From an uncultured Candidatus Saccharibacteria bacterium (GTDB lineage Bacteria; Patescibacteriota; Minisyncoccia; Phycocordibacterales; UBA5272), in contig CAYWEW010000003.1 in assembly GCA_964457775.1 (NCBI GenBank), forward strand, positions 30,776-94,775: 64,000 bases of DNA, read 5' to 3'. Below the pieces are notes generated by a model. That model was not told the origin of the DNA. It did no database searches and was given only the letters and a program-made list of their open reading frames with translations. A program made the position numbers and the translations under genes. Positions 57,509 to 64,000 of this stretch are shown here, in pieces; within the stretch, counting starts at the first letter, position 1, and the number at the start of each line of letters is the position of its first letter.

Positions 57509-58444
57509 ATGATCAAGCACTCACGTCATCATAATATAGATAATGCAATTGTGTATGGGTTAGCTGTTATTTCTGTTCTAATCCTCTCCAATATTGAAAA
57601 ACCTATTTTTTATTTACAGAATAAGTTTATTCCTAAAATAATTACTCATCAAAAAATAGAAACAGCTAATAGTTCAATTTTTAATAAAAGTGCATTTAAT
57701 AATATAAAAATAAAAGGAAAAGCATACGTTGTTTATGACATTGTTGCCAAAGAGGTAATATCAGAAAAAAATGGAAACGTCGTTCTTCCAATAGCTAGTA
57801 TTACAAAAGTCATGACTTCTGTTAGTGCGAGAATGCATAATGATGGAAATAAAAATATAAAGATATTGTCATCGAGTATTGATGGGGCATATGATCTTGG
57901 ATTAAAAAAGGACCAAGTGTGGACCCTAAATGAATTATTAAAATATACTCTAATATTTTCATCAAATGATGGTGCACAAGCTATTGCTGATGTATTAGGT
58001 GGAAGGAATTTTTTTGTATCACAGATGAACAGTGATGCATTATCACTCGGACTCCCACTACACTTCACACACCCGGCTGGATTAGACGTTGATGGAAAAA
58101 TTGGAGGCGAGGGTTCAGCTTTATCTGTTGCAAAGTTAGTAATGATTGCACATAAACTTTTTCCAGAAATATTTGACGTCACTACAAAAACTAGAGCAAG
58201 CATGAATTCAAGTAGTGGTAGAATATCAGGCATACCAAATACTAATCAACACGTCTATAGTTTTAGAGGTATACAACTTTCAAAAACAGGATTCACAGAT
58301 GATGCAGGTGGGAATTTAGTGATTATAGTAGATATTTCTATTGGACACCCTGTAGCTATTGTTGTTTTAGGCTCAACTAGGGAAGAAAGATTTTCTGACG
58401 TTGACATATTGTATAAGGCGTTGCAAAAAAGTATTACTAAATAA
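57509..58444 (+). CDS. D-alanyl-D-alanine carboxypeptidase (S11)
   Basis: ASITK (SxxK), SSN, HPAGLD, KTGFTDDAG. Confidence 0.88.
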   Translation: MIKHSRHHNIDNAIVYGLAVISVLILSNIEKPIFYLQNKFIPKIITHQKIETANSSIFNKSAFNNIKIKGKAYVVYDIVAKEVISEKNGNVVLPIASITKVMTSVSARMHNDGNKNIKILSSSIDGAYDLGLKKDQVWTLNELLKYTLIFSSNDGAQAIADVLGGRNFFVSQMNSDALSLGLPLHFTHPAGLDVDGKIGGEGSALSVAKLVMIAHKLFPEIFDVTTKTRASMNSSSGRISGIPNTNQHVYSFRGIQLSKTGFTDDAGGNLVIIVDISIGHPVAIVVLGSTREERFSDVDILYKALQKSITK

Positions 58445-58523
58445 TTTAAACTACTATACTTTTTCTTAAATAATGTATACAACTCAAGCATTAATTTAAT
58501 ATCTAATATGATATACTTAATTC

Positions 58524-59594
58524 ATGCTAGCATTAGACCCGTTTAAAGTACTTCTTCCGGCAGTTATATCTTTTGCTATTGGAATTATTATTGCCCCCGT
58601 AATTGGGCGTTTTTTAATAGAGAATAAACTTTGGAAAAAGAAAAATGTCACAAAAACAATTGACGGCAAAGAGGCTACAATTACTGCGTCACTACATAAT
58701 GATGAGAAGTTACCCGTACCGCGTTTAGGTGGTTCAGTTGTATGGGTTTCAGTTTTTGTAACAGCACTACTAATTTGGTTTATTTCAAAAGTTTTCCCCA
58801 TACCATTTACTGAGAAATTAGTTTTTATTTCTCGTAATCAAACATGGTTGCCATTAATGGCAATGTTCGTCGGTGCCGTGGTCGGAGCAATTGATGACCT
58901 GTTGGTTGTTGAAGCATTTGGTAGTAAATTAAATTCATATATAGGGGGAGGCCTCTCATTTCCAGTTAGATTAATCGCTGTTTCACTTCTTGGGCTTTTT
59001 GCTGGGTGGTGGTTTTATGCAAAACTAGGTGTTGACGCTGTGTACATTCCTTTTTATGGACATATTCATCTTGGTGGATTACTGTTTATTCTTTTCTTTG
59101 TCGTCGTGACTCTTGCAACTTTTTCTACTGGGGTTATTGATGGAGTAGATGGTTTATCTGGTGGTGTAATGTCAGCAGTTTTTACAGCATATGGCATGAT
59201 TGCCTATGTCCACGGACAAGTAGATATTGCAGCATTTTGTTTCGTCGTACTTGGAGGAATTATGGCATTTTTGTGGTTTAATATTCCTCCCGCACTTTTT
59301 TATTTAACGGAAACAGGAATGTTGGCACTTTCCTTGTCATTATCTGTTATTGCTTTTTTAACTGATGCAGTTATGTATCTACCCATCATTGCTTTTCCAC
59401 TCATGATGACAACAGTGTCTGTTATTCTGCAGCTTGCGTGGAAGAAGATTTTTAAGAAAAAATTATTCATTGTTGCACCATTACATCATCATTTCCAAGC
59501 TAAAGGTTGGACGTCAGCAAAAGTAACAATGAGATATTGGATTGTTTCTTATATGTGCGCATTGCTTGGTGTAGTAATTGTATTGGTTAGTTAA
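58524..59594 (+). CDS. mraY: Phospho-MurNAc-pentapeptide transferase
   Basis: DGVDGL, FLWFNIPPA, APLHHHF. Confidence 0.93.
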   Translation: MLALDPFKVLLPAVISFAIGIIIAPVIGRFLIENKLWKKKNVTKTIDGKEATITASLHNDEKLPVPRLGGSVVWVSVFVTALLIWFISKVFPIPFTEKLVFISRNQTWLPLMAMFVGAVVGAIDDLLVVEAFGSKLNSYIGGGLSFPVRLIAVSLLGLFAGWWFYAKLGVDAVYIPFYGHIHLGGLLFILFFVVVTLATFSTGVIDGVDGLSGGVMSAVFTAYGMIAYVHGQVDIAAFCFVVLGGIMAFLWFNIPPALFYLTETGMLALSLSLSVIAFLTDAVMYLPIIAFPLMMTTVSVILQLAWKKIFKKKLFIVAPLHHHFQAKGWTSAKVTMRYWIVSYMCALLGVVIVLVS

Positions 59595-59599
59595 TTATT

Positions 59600-60700
59600 A
59601 TGTTTAAGAATGTAGACAAAACACTATTAATAACAGTTATATTAATTCTCGTAACTGGTCTTGTAACCTTCGGTTCAGCGGCACTCGGTGTACTTGCAGT
59701 TAATGAAGTAAAATTTTATTCAATAATAAAAACACAACTAATATACGCTCTTGTTGGTGGAAGTTTAGCATTATGTCTTGGAGCCCTTATACCTTTTGAG
59801 TTTTATAAAAAGTATGCATTCGTATTGTTCGGGTCAGCTCTTTTTGTAACATCACTAGTTTTTGTTCCTTTTTTATCTAGATATCACGGTGGAGCACACA
59901 GATGGCTTGATTTGGGCCCAGTTTCTGTTCAGCCAAGTGAATTTCTAAAATTTACTTTTGTGGTTATTGTTGCGTATTGGTGCACAAAATACAGAAACTT
60001 ATTTAAAAACTGGCAATATGGATTATTACCATACGCACTTTCAGTTGTAGTTGTTTCAGTTATTTTGTTATTGCAACCTGACTTCGGCACATATTTTATT
60101 ATTATGACAGCATCATTCGCTACATATTTTATTGGAGGTGCACGTAAACGACATATTCAGATACTTGTAATAACAGGAATAATTGGTTTTGCTCTACTCT
60201 TAATGGTAAGACCATATATGATGGAAAGAGTAAAAACATTCATTAACAACACACATGACCCTCGGGGATCTTCATGGCAGCTTAATCAATCCTTAATTGC
60301 ATTAGGTGGTGGTGGATTAACAGGGAGAGGGCTCGGACAAAGTGTGCAAAAGTTTAATTATCTTCCAGAACCAATTGGAGATTCTATTTTTGCAGTTTTT
60401 GGTGAGGAGGTTGGATTTTTTGGTGCACTTTATATCATTATTCTATATGGTATAGTAGGTAATAGGGGGTATTATATTTTTAGAGAAACAAAAGATCAAT
60501 TTGGTCGTTTACTAGCAATTGGTATAGTTTCAATTATTCTTGCTCAAGCAACACTAAATATTGGTTCTATATTAGGTCTGTTGCCTTTAACAGGTGTGCC
60601 ACTACCATTAATTTCACACGGAGGGACAGCATTAATGGTTACATTGTTTGAGTTCGGTGTTTTGTTAAATATTTCTAAATCAATTCAAAAATATTCATGA
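59600..60700 (+). CDS. ftsW: SEDS glycosyltransferase FtsW
   Basis: GAHRWL, QPSEFLK, QPDFGT, YLPE, PLTGVPLPLISHGG. Confidence 0.9.
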   Translation: MFKNVDKTLLITVILILVTGLVTFGSAALGVLAVNEVKFYSIIKTQLIYALVGGSLALCLGALIPFEFYKKYAFVLFGSALFVTSLVFVPFLSRYHGGAHRWLDLGPVSVQPSEFLKFTFVVIVAYWCTKYRNLFKNWQYGLLPYALSVVVVSVILLLQPDFGTYFIIMTASFATYFIGGARKRHIQILVITGIIGFALLLMVRPYMMERVKTFINNTHDPRGSSWQLNQSLIALGGGGLTGRGLGQSVQKFNYLPEPIGDSIFAVFGEEVGFFGALYIIILYGIVGNRGYYIFRETKDQFGRLLAIGIVSIILAQATLNIGSILGLLPLTGVPLPLISHGGTALMVTLFEFGVLLNISKSIQKYS

Positions 60701-61803
60701 AAATAGTAATTACAGGAGCAGGGGGTGGACATTTTTATCCGCTAATCGCGGTGATTGAAAGTGCAAGAAAGCAGACTTTTGTTCAAAAAATAGTAGAGCC
60801 AGAAGTTTTCTTTTTTTCTGATAAACCATATGATGAAAAAGCATTATTTGAAGAGCAGATAAAATTCGTGCATGTACCTGCAGGAAAATTGCGAGTCTAC
60901 CCTTCATTTGAAACAATAACGGATATTTTTAAAACATTTTATGGATGTATTATTGCTGTTTTAAAATTATACTCAATATACCCAGATGTAGTTTTTGCAA
61001 AAGGGGGATATGCTAGTTTCCCTACACTTTTCGCTGCCAAGATTCTCTCTATACCTGTCGTAGTTCATGAAAGTGATACTATTCCTGGACGAACAACTCA
61101 ATTTGGTGGTAAGTTTGCATCTCGTGTTGCTATTTCTTATCCTGAAGCGTCCCCATTTTTCCCAAAGGAAACAATAGCATTAACTGGTCAACCAATAAGA
61201 AGCGCACTAATACCACCAGAAAATTTTAAAAGAGAGTATGGTAATAAAGAACGTCCAGCTATTATGATTTTGTGTGGCTCACAAGGAAGTCAGAGAATTA
61301 ATGAAGCAATCCTCGAGATACTTCCTCAACTACTTGATAGATATGATATTGTGCATCAAACAGGAATTGCTAATTTGGAAGAAGTTAAAAAGTTAACAAC
61401 AGAAATGTTAAAAGAGCACAAATTTAAAAATCACTATTTTGTTGATGGTTTTATTGATTTGTCACTATTTTATCCAAAAGTAGATATGGTAATAACACGT
61501 GGTAGTTCTGCAATGTTCGAAATTGCATTATGGCAACTACCGATGTTAGTTATTCCTATCCCACAAAGTATAAGTCGAGACCAATGTAGTAATGCATACG
61601 CAATGGCTAGTCGTGGAATAGCCTCTGTTCTTGAAGAAAATAATCTTGGTCAAGCGATAATTTTTACAGAAATTTCTCGTATTTTGGATAATAAGGAAAA
61701 CTATATGAAGATGTCAGAATCTAGTATGAAACTTAATAATAGTAGAGAATCTGCAAATGTTATAGCTAGAGAACTGATAAGAATTTGCTTGTCACATAGT
61801 TAA
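60697..61803 (+). CDS. murG: MurG glycosyltransferase
   Basis: GGGHFYP, KGGYASFP, HESD, GSQGS. Confidence 0.92.
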   Translation: MKIVITGAGGGHFYPLIAVIESARKQTFVQKIVEPEVFFFSDKPYDEKALFEEQIKFVHVPAGKLRVYPSFETITDIFKTFYGCIIAVLKLYSIYPDVVFAKGGYASFPTLFAAKILSIPVVVHESDTIPGRTTQFGGKFASRVAISYPEASPFFPKETIALTGQPIRSALIPPENFKREYGNKERPAIMILCGSQGSQRINEAILEILPQLLDRYDIVHQTGIANLEEVKKLTTEMLKEHKFKNHYFVDGFIDLSLFYPKVDMVITRGSSAMFEIALWQLPMLVIPIPQSISRDQCSNAYAMASRGIASVLEENNLGQAIIFTEISRILDNKENYMKMSESSMKLNNSRESANVIARELIRICLSHS

Positions 61804-61895
61804 CGGTTAATAGCTTATGGTCTATAGCATATAGCTATAATACAATACAAAAAGAAAACCCGCCGAAACGAGTTTTCGTGTCGACGAGTAGATAT

Positions 61896-62147
61896 TCAAC
61901 CTGGACCAATTTCATTTTCTTTACTGTTATGAAGTATGAACATTCGTGCGCCGTACAAAATTCCTGTGCAGGCAAGAATGCTTAGTCCAGAAAGCACAAC
62001 AGCCATAGACAACATATCAAAACTCATCCGTGGCGTTATCCATTCGCGATTGAAGCCGAAAATAAGCGAAATTGGAAGTGATGCAAATCCAATGAAAATC
62101 ATGAAAGCTGCGACAGCAATCAAAAACATTTCAAAGCGATTAAACAT
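61896..62147 (-). CDS. Hypothetical two-TM protein
   Basis: 83 aa; TTGACA-N17-GATAAT promoter, boxA-like motif, AAGGAG SD. Confidence 0.6.
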   Translation of the reverse strand: MFNRFEMFLIAVAAFMIFIGFASLPISLIFGFNREWITPRMSFDMLSMAVVLSGLSILACTGILYGARMFILHNSKENEIGPG

Positions 62148-62398
62148 AAGAGTTTCTCCTTAAAATTTAATGAGCAGGCAACTCTTCTATTATCACATAT
62201 TTATAGCACAATGTCAATAGTGATAAAAGTCTTGAACATATAGAATATTAATTAGAATGTAGTATGTTGCCATTTTGGACATATCTAAATATTATTAATT
62301 TTAAACATAATATATGATATTTATATTTAAATATACTTATCAATAATTTTCTAATTGCTAATGGCAACAAGCTGTTCACGATGATATACTATGTAAAT

Positions 62399-63718
62399 AT
62401 GGTTACATCAAAAATAGTTACACGTTTTGCTCCTAGCCCAACAGGTCTTCTTCATATGGGTAATTATCGTACCGCTGTTTTTGCATACTTATATGCTCGT
62501 AAAAATGGAGGTAAATTTATTCTTCGTATAGAAGATACTGACCGCGAACGTAGCAAAAAGGAATATGAGGATAATATAATAGAAAGTCTAGAATGGTTGG
62601 GTCTTAATTATGACGAAAAGTATCGCCAAAGTGAACACGTAGAATCTCACACAAGACATCTGCAAAAATTGATTGATGACGGTCATGCATATATATCCAA
62701 AGAAGAGGCAAAAGATGGAAGTGGGGTGATGAGAGAATTGGTAAGATTTAAGAATAAAGGGGAAGTGGTAGTTTTTGAAGATGCAATACGTGGACGAATA
62801 GAAACTGATACAACAGACTTAGGTGATTTTGTTATTGCAAAGTCAATTACAGAACCACTTTTTCATATTGCTGTTGTTGTTGATGACCACGAAGAAGGGG
62901 TGACACATATACTTCGAGGAGAAGACCATATTCCGAACACTCCACGTCAAATTCTAATCAGAGAAGCGTTAGGATTTCCTCAGCCAGTGTATGCGCATCT
63001 ACCATTAGTATTATCAGAAGATAGAACTAAGCTCTCAAAGAGAAAAGGAGCTCTTCCTGTAACCGCGTATCGTGACATGGGATATTTGCCTTCAGCAATT
63101 ATAAACTTCATGACTTTCATTGGATTTAATCCAGGAGGAGAAAAGGAGATTTTTACACTTGATGAATTAGTTGAAGTTTTTGATTTGGTAAAAATACACA
63201 AAGGAGGAGCAATTTTCAATAAAGAAAAACTTTCATGGATGAATAAAGAACATATAAGATTACAGTCAGTTGAGACGCAATATAATACTGTGAAAATTTA
63301 TATGGAGAAATATCCAGAAGATATTTTGAAGAGACTATTACCAGCAGTTATAGATAGAATTTCTACTTACGGTGAATTAAATGAAATTAAGAATTTGGAG
63401 TTCGGGTTTTTTATAAATACACCTGTTTATAATGTTGAGAAAATTACTTGGAAAGATGCTGGAAAAATTGAAGCTTCACAACACTTAAAATCAGTAAAGG
63501 AATTATTAACTAAAGCAGATTTCACATCACCTGAGACTATCAAGCAATCAATTATAGGTTATGCAGAAGAAAAAGGTAAAGGTAATGTTCTTTGGCCACT
63601 TCGTATGACTTTATCTGGTCAAGAAAAGTCAGTAGATCCATTTACAATTTGTTATGTATTAGGAATTGATGAAGTTATTAAACGTATAGATTCAGTATGT
63701 CAATTGCTTGATGCATAA
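62399..63718 (+). CDS. gltX: Glutamyl-tRNA synthetase
   Basis: RFAPSPTGLLHMG, LRIEDTD, RGEDHIPNT, KLSKR. Confidence 0.97.
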   Translation: MVTSKIVTRFAPSPTGLLHMGNYRTAVFAYLYARKNGGKFILRIEDTDRERSKKEYEDNIIESLEWLGLNYDEKYRQSEHVESHTRHLQKLIDDGHAYISKEEAKDGSGVMRELVRFKNKGEVVVFEDAIRGRIETDTTDLGDFVIAKSITEPLFHIAVVVDDHEEGVTHILRGEDHIPNTPRQILIREALGFPQPVYAHLPLVLSEDRTKLSKRKGALPVTAYRDMGYLPSAIINFMTFIGFNPGGEKEIFTLDELVEVFDLVKIHKGGAIFNKEKLSWMNKEHIRLQSVETQYNTVKIYMEKYPEDILKRLLPAVIDRISTYGELNEIKNLEFGFFINTPVYNVEKITWKDAGKIEASQHLKSVKELLTKADFTSPETIKQSIIGYAEEKGKGNVLWPLRMTLSGQEKSVDPFTICYVLGIDEVIKRIDSVCQLLDA

Positions 63719-63727
63719 ATTAATATT

Positions 63728-64000
63728 ATGATACGCAGCTCTTTTTTAAATTCAATATTTCTCACAATGTTAATGTTTGCACTAAGTACGCCATTTGTTT
63801 CACTTGCCCAAACAGCAGAAGATAACCAAACAGCTGAACAGCTTCAGTCCGATTTGAATTCATTGTCTGATAAAATTAAAGCATTAGATGCTGAAATAAA
63901 AAATTATAATTCTAAGGTTGCAAAAACTCAAGGTGAAGCTAAGACACTTAAGCAGGCTTTGGCTCGCCTTGAAGAAAGACGTGTTGGGCTTATAAAAGAT
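63728..64000 (+). CDS. Secreted coiled-coil protein (EnvC/CwlO/M23-like N-terminus), partial
   Basis: Not in track: signal peptide then LQSDLNSLSDKIKALDAEIKNYNSKVAKTQGEAKTLKQAL…. Confidence 0.6.
   Translation, partial: MIRSSFLNSIFLTMLMFALSTPFVSLAQTAEDNQTAEQLQSDLNSLSDKIKALDAEIKNYNSKVAKTQGEAKTLKQALARLEERRVGLIKD

Noticed and set aside
517-63219. Numerous short antisense or alternate-frame ORFs in the track (e.g. 16025-16558, 20103-20750, 39023-39472, 57733-58233)
   Set aside because: They lie within or opposite well-supported genes and show no independent motifs or expression signals.
1-64000. Alternative genetic code (UGA=Gly, as in Gracilibacteria/SR1)
   Set aside because: All recognisable core genes are full length in code 11, and TGA ends ORFs such as ftsW and 48752-49426.

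Overview
AT-rich bacterial chromosome segment read in the standard code (table 11). Gene content and style point to Patescibacteria/CPR, most likely Parcubacteria: truncated AlaRS, short AspRS, CPR-type pilin and glycine-rich surface proteins, many orphan ORFs, and core genes that mostly lack Shine-Dalgarno sites. The backbone is housekeeping: mreBC-pbp2, greA, lysS, mraZ-rsmH-ftsL-ftsI, lexA, ychF, alaS, infA-rpmJ-rpsMKD-rpoA-rplQ-rplM-rpsI, grpE-dnaK-dnaJ, trpS, aspS, scpAB, dacA-like, mraY-ftsW-murG, gltX. I found no rRNA, tRNA, CRISPR array, integrase or transposase. Most notable: (1) three ~1.7-2.2 kb cassettes of predicted surface/adhesin genes sit directly behind essential genes (greA, alaS, rpsI). 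Each ends in a second, diverged copy of that gene's 3' end, which suggests integrase-free cassette capture anchored on housekeeping-gene ends. (2) A minimal Asp T-box riboswitch precedes aspS, with a 6S-like RNA just upstream. (3) An unexplained ~250-nt structured transcript has a perfect sigma70 promoter. (4) There are two expression grammars: apparently leaderless core genes, and accessory genes with -35/-10 + boxA-like motif + strong SD. (5) Several families of palindromic and heptameric intergenic repeats occur. All calls are by eye from the sequence and ORF track; no database search was run.
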